DNA from: an uncultured Bacteroidales bacterium
Lineage (GTDB): Bacteria; Bacteroidota; Bacteroidia; Bacteroidales; UBA10428
Direction: 5' to 3'
DNA length: 64,000 nucleotides
NCBI GenBank assembly: GCA_964592225.1
Contig: CAZQCO010000008.1
Coordinates: 3 to 64,002 of the forward strand
A program made the translations under genes and the position numbers. Shown here piece by piece: positions 50,724 to 58,071 of the stretch. The notes beneath the pieces are model-generated. The model was given only the letters and a program-made list of their open reading frames with translations. It was not told the origin of the DNA and ran no database searches. Each line of letters opens with the position of its first letter. The first letter of the stretch is position 1.

Positions 50724-50795
50724 GGCCCCATAGTTCAATGGATAGAACGGAGGTTTCCTAAACCTTAAATTCAGGTTCGATTCCTGGTGGGGCTA
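50724..50795 (+). tRNA. tRNA-Arg (anticodon CCU)
   Basis: Folded by hand. Acceptor GGCCCCA/TGGGGCT, D arm GTTC-AATGGATA-GAAC, anticodon arm GAGGT-TTCCTAA-ACCTT, T arm TCAGG-TTCGATT-CCTGG. No encoded CCA. Confidence 0.85.
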
Positions 50796-50806
50796 CTATA
50801 ATCAGA

Positions 50807-50874
50807 GTGAGAGTGAGGGTGAGGTACGAGCCAACACTCTTACTCTGATTCTCAAAACTCGCTCTCACTCTCAC
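50807..50874 (+). repeat. Inverted repeat GTGAGAGTGAG / CTCACTCTCAC (11 bp, 46-nt loop) between tRNA-Arg and the four-helix-bundle ORF
   Basis: Paired by hand: 50807..50817 with 50864..50874. It sits within a purine-rich GAGTGA-type tract. Confidence 0.7.
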
Positions 50875-50946
50875 ACTAAAATTGCATATGCAATGTTCGA
50901 TTTTCAAAAACTAAAGGTATATCAAAAAGCGAAATCCTACAATCGG
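50819..50946 (+). repeat. Direct repeat copy 1 (128 bp; leader plus first 18 codons of the four-helix-bundle gene)
   Basis: Aligns to 51250..51377 at a fixed offset of 431 nt with 4 substitutions. Confidence 0.9.
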
Positions 50947-51246
50947 GAAATTACGAGATTTATATATCGGAATAAATTCGACCGTACAACAAATGATCAA
51001 CTCAGGAGAGCATCATTCAGTGTAATGCTTAACATCGCCGAAGGCTCATCGAGATTCAGCAATCGTGACCGAAAAAATTTTCTTGTTATTGCCCGGGGCA
51101 GTGTCTTTGAATGTGCAGCAATCCTGGAATATTTATCAGAAACAGAAGAAATTGCACAAGAAGATTTTTCATTATTTTACGTTCAATTGGAAGAACTATC
51201 TAAAATGCTTTTTGCATTAATAAAAAAACTGGATAATGATCAATAA
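50893..51246 (+). CDS. Four-helix-bundle protein of the '23S rRNA intervening sequence protein' (Avd-like) family
   Basis: 117 aa. FQKLKVYQKAKSY..., DQLRRASFSVMLNIAEGSSR, ARGSVFECAAILEY, the family pattern. Confidence 0.8.
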   Translation: MFDFQKLKVYQKAKSYNREITRFIYRNKFDRTTNDQLRRASFSVMLNIAEGSSRFSNRDRKNFLVIARGSVFECAAILEYLSETEEIAQEDFSLFYVQLEELSKMLFALIKKLDNDQ

Positions 51247-51249
51247 AGA

Positions 51250-51377
51250 GTGAGGTACGAGCCAACACTCTTACTCTGATTCTCAAAACTCGCTCTCACT
51301 CTCACACTAAAATTGCATATGCAATGTTCGATTTTCAAAAACTGGAAGTATATCAAAAAGCGAAATCCTATAATCGG
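51250..51377 (+). repeat. Direct repeat copy 2 (128 bp)
   Basis: 124/128 identical to 50819..50946. Begins 4 nt after the stop of the intact gene. Confidence 0.9.
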
Positions 51378-51407
51378 CAAAAAGTGGAAGTGAGTGAGGA
51401 GAGTTGA
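51324..51407 (+). pseudogene. Truncated second copy of the four-helix-bundle gene (first 18 codons conserved, then divergent, 27 codons total)
   Basis: MFDFQKLEVYQKAKSYNR, then QKVEVSEES-stop. Differences from copy 1 are two silent changes plus one K-to-E codon. Confidence 0.7.
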
Positions 51408-51420
51408 ATCCTCATTTTTT
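51393..51420 (+). terminator. Possible terminator hairpin closing the cassette region
   Basis: TGAGGA-GAGTTGAA-TCCTCA followed by TTTTTT. Confidence 0.4.
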
Positions 51421-51534
51421 GTATCTGGTTGGAAAATATTCTGAATTATCGATTTGATGGTTGTGATATTAGATTCAAGTTTCCTGCCCGAGTCAGGCAA
51501 TCTGCTTTGGCAATAATGAGTTGAAGACGTAATC

Positions 51535-51846
51535 CTACCCCTCTTCAAAAATGGAATAGTTGACAATGGCTTCTTCAAGCGAGTTCAGATGAACGCTTAC
51601 CTTCGTGTTCATCTGGATCCGGAAGCATTGCCCCAGCTTGTTCCATACAAAAGGATGCAGTTCGGCAGTAATATGGCCTGGCAGGGTATGAAAACTTCGC
51701 CGGCAGCCGTATTTGGCGAGAACAATTTTCAGGCGTTTGCTTTCAAAGTTATCCACACCAAAATATTCATCTTCGATATAGGAATTTCGAAGCACGAATT
51801 TAATTTCTGATTGGGGATATACAAATTTTGCATTATGTTGACTCAT
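51535..51846 (-). CDS. Hypothetical protein (103 aa, no family recognised)
   Basis: Clean ATG-to-TAG ORF with ordinary amino-acid composition, flanked by non-coding DNA on both sides. Confidence 0.45.
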   Translation of the reverse strand: MSQHNAKFVYPQSEIKFVLRNSYIEDEYFGVDNFESKRLKIVLAKYGCRRSFHTLPGHITAELHPFVWNKLGQCFRIQMNTKVSVHLNSLEEAIVNYSIFEEG

Positions 51847-52231
51847 GATATTGATCCTTTACGATAGTTACGCAGACCTTGAGATTAACCAGACAACAGG
51901 AGCAACCTGTTGCTGTAGTAAGATAACAAAGGCATTGAAAATCAGAACAGTAAGTTACAAAATAATCATTACAATACCTATTGGAAAAGTATATTTTTGA
52001 CGACGTGGCTCATCGATTATTTCTTAACTTTCCTCCTGAATTCAGATTAATTAGCGGAAGAAATAGCAACAGATTCTTACGTTTATAAAAGGCCACAAAT
52101 CAGATGAATAGAGGCAATTGAAAAAAATGAGAGAGGTAACAATTGAAAAAGGGGGAAAGATTATTGCCATTAAATTGTTTACACCAGAAAGATTTTTTGT
52201 TCTTTTATGGTTATAATTCTGAGTACACTCA

Positions 52232-53482
52232 ATGGAAATATTTTACGAGATATTTGCCTCACTGAAACAACATAAAACCCGTACTATACTCACGGGTTTT
52301 GGGGTAGCCTGGGGAATTTTCATTCTTATTGTTCTGGTTGGCGCCGGCAGGGGATTACAACACGGAGTAATGAAAAATTTCAAAGCCTTCTCACAAAACT
52401 CGCTTATGATTTACGGGGGACAGGTTTCGATGGCGACTCCTTATGGATTACAAGCCGGCAATCGTGTTGAATTCGATGAATCATTGCTGGCGAAACTAAA
52501 TTTAAGGTATCCCCAAATTTCACACATATCCCCCGAAGCAGGAATGGGGGGGAATGTCTCCGTAACTTACCGGAATACTACAACAATTTTTGATATCAGG
52601 GGAGTATGGGACGACTATATGAAAATAAAAATTCTTGAAACGGATACCGGACGACTCCTCAATCCACTCGATAGTAAAAATCTTCGACGAGTTGCCCTGA
52701 TCGGAAGCCAGGTAAAAAACAACCTGTTCGGCAATGATCGGGCTCTGGGTGAATACATCGATATCGGCGGGGTATTCTTCCAGGTAATCGGGGTACTGAA
52801 ACAAAGTTCACAACTTAGCGGTATGGACCAAAATGCTATTATCATACCCTATACCACCATGCGCGCATGTTTTAATAAGGGAGAGAAGTTCACCTCTATT
52901 GCTGTGTTGTTCAACAACAACTTCAATACACAAAACATCGACCAAAGTATACGTGAATTTTTAAGCCGTCAGTTGAAATTTGACAAATGGGACCAACAGG
53001 CGGTTTATATATGGAATATAAATACCATGGTTACTTCTGTGAATAAATTGTTCTCGGGAATCAATATATTTTTATGGATTCTCGGTTTGTGTCTGTTGCT
53101 TACGGGAATGATCGGAATAAGTAATATCATGCTTGTTGTCGTAAAAGAAAGAACCTCCGAAATCGGTATCCGGAAAGCAGTGGGTGCAACCCCGGCAAGT
53201 ATCATGAAGCTGATCGTGACCGAGGCACTTGTGGTAACGACCATTTTCGGATTGATTGGAATGTTTCTGGGATTTGGCGGCATTAGAATGTTCAACTGGA
53301 TAGTGAGTAGTATTTCTCAAAGTGAGGATAATGTTCTGGCAGAAGCCAATATAAATATTACTGTTGTACTATTTGCCCTGGCGCTGTTAATAATATCGGG
53401 AACATTGGCAGGGATATTCCCGGCCAGGAAAGCAGCTGCCATTATGCCCGTTAAAACACTTAATGCTGAAATGATCAACTAA
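52232..53482 (+). CDS. ABC transporter permease, MacB type (MacB periplasmic domain plus FtsX)
   Basis: ASLKQHKTRTILTGFGVAWGIFILI start, a ~230-aa periplasmic domain, and a C-terminal FtsX block ERTSEIGIRKAVGA...PARKAA. Confidence 0.85.
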   Translation: MEIFYEIFASLKQHKTRTILTGFGVAWGIFILIVLVGAGRGLQHGVMKNFKAFSQNSLMIYGGQVSMATPYGLQAGNRVEFDESLLAKLNLRYPQISHISPEAGMGGNVSVTYRNTTTIFDIRGVWDDYMKIKILETDTGRLLNPLDSKNLRRVALIGSQVKNNLFGNDRALGEYIDIGGVFFQVIGVLKQSSQLSGMDQNAIIIPYTTMRACFNKGEKFTSIAVLFNNNFNTQNIDQSIREFLSRQLKFDKWDQQAVYIWNINTMVTSVNKLFSGINIFLWILGLCLLLTGMIGISNIMLVVVKERTSEIGIRKAVGATPASIMKLIVTEALVVTTIFGLIGMFLGFGGIRMFNWIVSSISQSEDNVLAEANINITVVLFALALLIISGTLAGIFPARKAAAIMPVKTLNAEMIN

Positions 53483-53488
53483 AAAGTT

Positions 53489-54559
53489 ATGAAAAAACTC
53501 TCAAATATTATCGGAATCGTTGTTTTGCTGGCTATTGTAATTACGCTGGTGCTGGTAAGCAGAAAAAAGGATGCCAGAAAAGATCTTCTCGATAAGACCA
53601 CAACTCCTTTTTATACCGATATTACAAATAGGCGTTTAATATCCGGCAATCTGTTTCCGATTACGGAAGTGGAGATGAAATCATCAATTTCAGGAATTTT
53701 GGAACAATGCTTCGTTGAAATTGGCGACAGAGTGGTCAGAGGCCAGAAAATTGCAAAAGTAAAGCTTGTACCAAATGCTTCGCAACTTGAACAGGCAAAA
53801 AATAATGTAATCACAGCTCAGATAAGTTTCGATATCGAAAAGGTAAATTTTGAAAGGAAAAAGACGCTGTTTGAAGATAATGTCATATCTGAGGCCGAGT
53901 TTGATGAAGCGAAAAAAAACTTTCTGATGAGTAAAGAGCAACTCGATAATGCGGAAACGCAACTTATAATTTTAATGGAAGGTTCGAACAAATCAGGTAG
54001 CATATCGAATTTTATTGAATCAACTATTACGGGAATTGTCATTGATTTACCTATAGAAGTGGGAGCTCCCGTGCAGGAAAGAAGTTCGTTCAGCATAGGT
54101 ACCACAATAGCCGTTATTGCCCAGCTCGATGAATATATTTTTAGAGGCAAGGTAATCGAATCAGACATTGTGGTGCTCCGGAAAGGTATGCCGGTTACTA
54201 TTTACCTCTCCGTTTCCGATGACTTCAAAGGCAAGGCAGTAATCAGCAAGGTTTCATCAAAGGGGAATCTTGAAAATGGTGTCATGAAGTATGATTTTGA
54301 AGCCCTGCTAACCATTCCGGATTCGGTAACTGTATTCTCAGGTTTTAGTGCTACTGCCGAAATTATACTTGAAAAGAAAGATAGTGTTTTAGCTATTGCT
54401 GAGAAGAACTTAATTTTCGAAAATGATACCTTCTATGCCGAGATACTTAATAACGATATGGAAATAGAGAAAAAAGCCATTAGATCAGGAATTTCTGACG
54501 GAATTAATATTGAAATCCTGGAGGGCATAACCGATGAACAAAAAGTCATAACCCATTAA
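53489..54559 (+). CDS. Efflux transporter periplasmic adaptor (HlyD/MFP family)
   Basis: N-terminal anchor, lipoyl-like SGILEQCFVEIGDRVVRGQKIAKV, a coiled-coil hairpin, then a beta-barrel region. Confidence 0.8.
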   Translation: MKKLSNIIGIVVLLAIVITLVLVSRKKDARKDLLDKTTTPFYTDITNRRLISGNLFPITEVEMKSSISGILEQCFVEIGDRVVRGQKIAKVKLVPNASQLEQAKNNVITAQISFDIEKVNFERKKTLFEDNVISEAEFDEAKKNFLMSKEQLDNAETQLIILMEGSNKSGSISNFIESTITGIVIDLPIEVGAPVQERSSFSIGTTIAVIAQLDEYIFRGKVIESDIVVLRKGMPVTIYLSVSDDFKGKAVISKVSSKGNLENGVMKYDFEALLTIPDSVTVFSGFSATAEIILEKKDSVLAIAEKNLIFENDTFYAEILNNDMEIEKKAIRSGISDGINIEILEGITDEQKVITH

Positions 54560-54598
54560 AACTAGAATTAAATTATACAGAAATAAAAAAACTACATT

Positions 54599-55300
54599 AT
54601 GAACGACTTACTATCAATAATTTACCGGCCACGCTTTGAATTTAAAGCCATAAAGAACAATCAGGTGAACTATATAATTGTGCTGCTTATTCTTTTATTG
54701 CTCACAATTATTCAGGGAGTTGTATTTTTCCCGGTACAGGAACAGATAATGGCCCACAACGATATCTTTGCAAACATGCCGCCTGAACAAGCCGAAAAAG
54801 CTAAGGCCATGGGGGAGACAATGAAATATTTCGGCCTTCTCGCTGCCGGATTTATTTATATCATTAAAATTTTGTTACAGGCACTTATGGTTTGGGGAGG
54901 AGTAGTTATTTTTAAAGGAAAAATAGATTATAAACAATCTATACTGGTAGTGAGCCTTGTAAGTTTTATCACTATTCTAGGTGATTTTGTTAATGCAGGT
55001 ATTATTTTCCTGAGAGGTGTTGAAAATGTTACTTCTATGGCCGATGTATCCAAAATAGGACTGAATTTACTATTCAACCCCGAAATCTCGGGATTACCCA
55101 TGTATACATTCTTTTCATATATCAATCCTTTCCAGATATGGGGCATCATATTGATAATTATCGGGTTGAAGGTTGTTGGTGAAATGCAAACGTCAAATGC
55201 CACTATATTATGCCTGATTCTATGGCTTATCTGGGTTGCCTTCCCGGTTGTAGGTGTAGTTATTTCTGAGTTAGCCCGCTCAAAGGCAGGACCATATTAA
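54599..55300 (+). CDS. Yip1-domain-like polytopic membrane protein
   Basis: 233 aa with five hydrophobic segments after a short cytoplasmic head. Assignment is by architecture. Confidence 0.5.
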   Translation: MNDLLSIIYRPRFEFKAIKNNQVNYIIVLLILLLLTIIQGVVFFPVQEQIMAHNDIFANMPPEQAEKAKAMGETMKYFGLLAAGFIYIIKILLQALMVWGGVVIFKGKIDYKQSILVVSLVSFITILGDFVNAGIIFLRGVENVTSMADVSKIGLNLLFNPEISGLPMYTFFSYINPFQIWGIILIIIGLKVVGEMQTSNATILCLILWLIWVAFPVVGVVISELARSKAGPY

Positions 55301-55343
55301 TGCACTTGTGTTGTATAAATAATTTACGCCTGATGATAAATAC

Positions 55344-55375
55344 AAAAGGGGCAGGCTTATAAGTCGCCCCTTTTT
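55344..55375. terminator. Bidirectional terminator between the Yip1-like gene and mutB
   Basis: AAAAGGGGC-N13-GCCCCTTTT, a 9-bp stem with A/T runs on both sides. Confidence 0.6.
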
Positions 55376-55396
55376 GTACGAAATGTATTTGAAATG

Positions 55397-57553
55397 CTAT
55401 CCGTGATGTGTTTCCAGCAGAATCTCGAGCATTTTTATGGCAGCAATAGTAATGGAAGTTCCCGGCCCGAAAATGGCTGTTACACCGGCATTATACAGAA
55501 AATCATAATCCTGGGGAGGAATAACACCACCCGCAATTACTAAAATATCTTCGCGGCCCAGTTTTTTCAATTCCCGGATAACTTGTGGGATCAGGGTTTT
55601 ATGGCCTGCAGCCAGGCTGGATACTCCCAATATGTGCACATCATTTTCCACCGATTGGCGGGCAGCTTCAGACGGGGTTTGAAACAAAGGGCCTATGTCT
55701 ACGTCGAAACCCACATCGGCATATCCGGTTGCCACTACTTTTGCACCCCGGTCGTGACCATCCTGGCCCATTTTGGCTACCATAATCCGCGGCTGGCGGC
55801 CTTCTTTCCGAGCAAATTCTTCACAGAGTTTTTTAGCATTTATAAAATTAGGGTCCTTACCTGTTTCTGAAGAATAAATACCGGAAACTGAGCGGATCAC
55901 GGCTTTATACCGTCCGGTAACTTTTTCTATGGCATACGATATTTCTCCCAATGAAGCTTTTGTCTTTGCTGCTTCTACAGAAAGTTCAAGAAGATTGCCT
56001 TTTCCTGTGCGTGCCGATTCGGTTATTTTGTTCAGAAGAGACTCAACTTCGGTATTATTTCGATTCTTACGCAACAGTTCCAGTCGTTTTATTTGTGATT
56101 CGCGAACCGCGGTGTTGTCCACTTCGAGAGTTTCAATGGGATCTTCCTGTTGCAGGCGGAATTTGTTAACTCCCACAATGGTATCTTTATTGGCATCGAT
56201 ACGCGCCTGCTTGCGGGCAGCGGCTTCTTCAATCCGCATTTTGGGAATCCCTGTCTCAATTGCTTTCGACATACCGCCCAGTTTTTCGATTTCCTGTATA
56301 TGTTCCCAAGCCCTTTGTGTCAACTCATGGGTTAGCGATTCCACATAGTATGAACCGGCCCAGGGATCAACCGACCGGCAGATCTGTGTTTCTTCCTGAA
56401 GATAGATTTGTGTATTTCGTGCAATACGTGCTGAAAAGTCGGTGGGTAATGCTATGGCTTCATCGAGTGCATTTGTATGCAGACTTTGGGTATGACCGAG
56501 TACCGCTGCCATAGCCTCGACACAGGTACGGGCTATATTATTGAATGGGTCCTGTTGAGTGAGACTCCAGCCCGACGTTTGCGAATGTGTGCGAAGCGCC
56601 ATCGATTTAGGATTTTCCGGGTGAAATTGTTTCACCAGTTTTGCCCACAGAATGCGGGCTGCACGTAATTTGGCAATTTCCATAAAGTGATTCATCCCGA
56701 TAGCCCAGAAAAAAGACAACCGGGGAGCGAAAGTATCGATATCCATTCCCGAATTTGTTCCGGTACGCAAGTATTCCAGCCCGTCGGCCAGGGTATAGGC
56801 AAGTTCAATATCGGCAGTAGCACCGGCTTCCTGCATATGATAACCGGAAATACTGATGGAATTGAATCGGGGCATTTTTTTCGCTGTGTATTCAAAGATA
56901 TCGGCTATGATGCGCATCGACATTTCCGGTGGGTAGATATAGGTATTCCGGACCATAAATTCTTTCAGAATATCGTTCTGGATAGTGCCATTCAATTCTT
57001 CGGGCTTTGCTCCCTGTTCCAGGGCCGCAACAATGTAAAAGGCCATAATGGGCAGTACAGCCCCGTTCATAGTCATAGAGACCGACATTTCTTTCAGGGG
57101 GATATGATCGAATAGGATATTCATATCGAGGATGGAATCGATCGCTACTCCTGCTTTCCCTACATCGCCAACCACGCGTTCATGATCGGAATCGTAACCA
57201 CGGTGCGTAGCCAGGTCGAAGGCCACTGATAAACCTTTTTGTCCCGATGCCAGGTTACGGCGGTAAAATGCATTGGATTCCTCGGCTGTCGAAAAACCGG
57301 CGTACTGACGAATTGTCCAGGGGCGCATGACGAACATGGTAGAATAGGGACCGCGAAGGAAGGGAGGTATACCGGCAGCATAATCGAGGTGTTCCATACC
57401 TTCCAGGTCATTGCTGGTATACACTTGTTTTACGGGGATCTGTTCCGCGGTAATCCAATTGGAGGCAATACCATTTTCTTTTTCCCATGCAGCAATGTTC
57501 TTTTGACTGGCAGAGAACTGTTTGATGTCTATATTTTTAAAGTCAGGGCGCAT
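55397..57553 (-). CDS. mutB: Methylmalonyl-CoA mutase large (catalytic, B12-binding) subunit
   Basis: [54 protein letters not shown], and the C-terminal B12 motif [12 protein letters not shown]. Confidence 0.95.
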   Translation of the reverse strand: MRPDFKNIDIKQFSASQKNIAAWEKENGIASNWITAEQIPVKQVYTSNDLEGMEHLDYAAGIPPFLRGPYSTMFVMRPWTIRQYAGFSTAEESNAFYRRNLASGQKGLSVAFDLATHRGYDSDHERVVGDVGKAGVAIDSILDMNILFDHIPLKEMSVSMTMNGAVLPIMAFYIVAALEQGAKPEELNGTIQNDILKEFMVRNTYIYPPEMSMRIIADIFEYTAKKMPRFNSISISGYHMQEAGATADIELAYTLADGLEYLRTGTNSGMDIDTFAPRLSFFWAIGMNHFMEIAKLRAARILWAKLVKQFHPENPKSMALRTHSQTSGWSLTQQDPFNNIARTCVEAMAAVLGHTQSLHTNALDEAIALPTDFSARIARNTQIYLQEETQICRSVDPWAGSYYVESLTHELTQRAWEHIQEIEKLGGMSKAIETGIPKMRIEEAAARKQARIDANKDTIVGVNKFRLQQEDPIETLEVDNTAVRESQIKRLELLRKNRNNTEVESLLNKITESARTGKGNLLELSVEAAKTKASLGEISYAIEKVTGRYKAVIRSVSGIYSSETGKDPNFINAKKLCEEFARKEGRQPRIMVAKMGQDGHDRGAKVVATGYADVGFDVDIGPLFQTPSEAARQSVENDVHILGVSSLAAGHKTLIPQVIRELKKLGREDILVIAGGVIPPQDYDFLYNAGVTAIFGPGTSITIAAIKMLEILLETHHG

Positions 57554-57563
57554 TTTTATTGTA

Positions 57564-57598
57564 GTGAGTAATGAGTAATGAGTAATGAGTAATGAGAC
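57564..57598. repeat. Tandem heptamer repeat (GTGAGTA, then ATGAGTA x3, then ATGAGAC), the left arm of the inverted repeat
   Basis: Read directly. Begins 10 nt upstream of the mutB start codon. 57571..57598 pairs with 58041..58068. Confidence 0.9.
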
Positions 57599-57630
57599 AC
57601 ATCAAAATCTACACTAAACTTAAATCATCA

Positions 57631-57984
57631 TTAGTTTAATAATTTGTTTTTCAAGTTGAATATCATTTTTTCAATTTCTTGAATTATTAAAATTGTACTT
57701 CTTATAGAGTCTGTATCAATGTATTTAAGATCCTGAGCCAGCAATAAAAGAGTTTCTAATTCAAAAGCAGAGCCATTGGCAATATCCAAAAACCGGCTTA
57801 ATTCTTTATCGGTCTGTCTGCCACATCCTTCTGCAACATTAGCTGCAATTGATATTACAGCTCGTCTTATTTGAGTAGTTAATCCATATTGTTCCTCTTG
57901 CGGAAAATTTTTTGTAATCAGATAAATTTGTTTTACCAGGGCCCTAGATTTTTGCCATATCTTCAATTCCCGGAAGTTGTGCAT
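57631..57984 (-). CDS. Four-helix-bundle protein of the '23S rRNA intervening sequence protein' (Avd-like) family
   Basis: MHNFRELKIWQKSRAL..., TQIRRAVISIAANVAEGCGR, ANGSAFELETLLLLA. The Met at 57984 aligns with the start of the other copy, so the longer ORF to 58047 is unlikely. Confidence 0.8.
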   Translation of the reverse strand: MHNFRELKIWQKSRALVKQIYLITKNFPQEEQYGLTTQIRRAVISIAANVAEGCGRQTDKELSRFLDIANGSAFELETLLLLAQDLKYIDTDSIRSTILIIQEIEKMIFNLKNKLLN

Positions 57985-58040
57985 TTTAAATAAATGTAAT
58001 ATTTGATAAACAAAAGTTTGTTCCTGTATCTTCAGCAAAA

Positions 58041-58068
58041 GTCTCACTACTCACTACTCTGTACTCAT
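58041..58068. repeat. Right arm of the inverted repeat bracketing the four-helix-bundle ORF
   Basis: GTCTCACTACTCACTACTCTGTACTCAT. The reverse complement matches 57571..57598 at 24/28 positions. Lies 3 nt from the GH2 stop codon. Confidence 0.85.
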
Positions 58069-58071
58069 AAT

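Noticed and set aside
50819-51377. A diversity-generating retroelement. The four-helix-bundle protein is Avd-like, and the 128-bp repeat pair could be a template/variable repeat pair.
   Set aside because: No reverse transcriptase gene lies in or near the locus. The four substitutions (A>G, A>G, G>A, C>T) are not adenine-specific. The repeat covers the 5' leader and N-terminus of the Avd-like gene itself, not the C-terminus of a target protein.
51240-51578. A 112-aa minus-strand ORF spanning the duplicated cassette segment.
   Set aside because: It runs antisense through the direct repeat and low-complexity GAGTGA tracts, has odd composition and overlaps the better-supported 51535..51846 ORF. 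It is probably spurious.
52127-52216. A 29-codon ORF (MREVTIEKGGKIIAIKLF...) that resembles the segment preceding Walker A in ABC ATPases. It could be a remnant of a deleted ATPase gene upstream of the MacB-type permease.
   Set aside because: The similarity rests on about 10 residues. No Walker A, signature or Walker B remnants appear in any frame of 51847..52231. It is too weak to call a pseudogene.
50724-52231. A classical tRNA-targeted integrative island.
   Set aside because: There is no integrase, excisionase or mobilisation gene. I found no direct repeat of the tRNA 3' end downstream. Only a small cassette and one orphan ORF are present.
55583-57571. A series of plus-strand ORFs (60-142 aa) inside mutB.
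   Set aside because: All are antisense to a strongly supported, full-length mutase gene. Their translations are Arg/Gly/Phe-rich and typical of shadow frames.
57564-57598. A CRISPR array or other spaced-repeat array.
   Set aside because: These are contiguous 7-nt units with no spacers. No cas genes are present, and no other spaced direct repeats were seen in the window.
57985-58047. An N-terminal extension of the second four-helix-bundle ORF (MRLLLKIQEQTFVYQILHLFK...).
   Set aside because: The family alignment with the first copy starts at the internal Met (MHNFRELKIWQKS versus MFDFQKLKVYQKA). The extension would also run into the right repeat arm.
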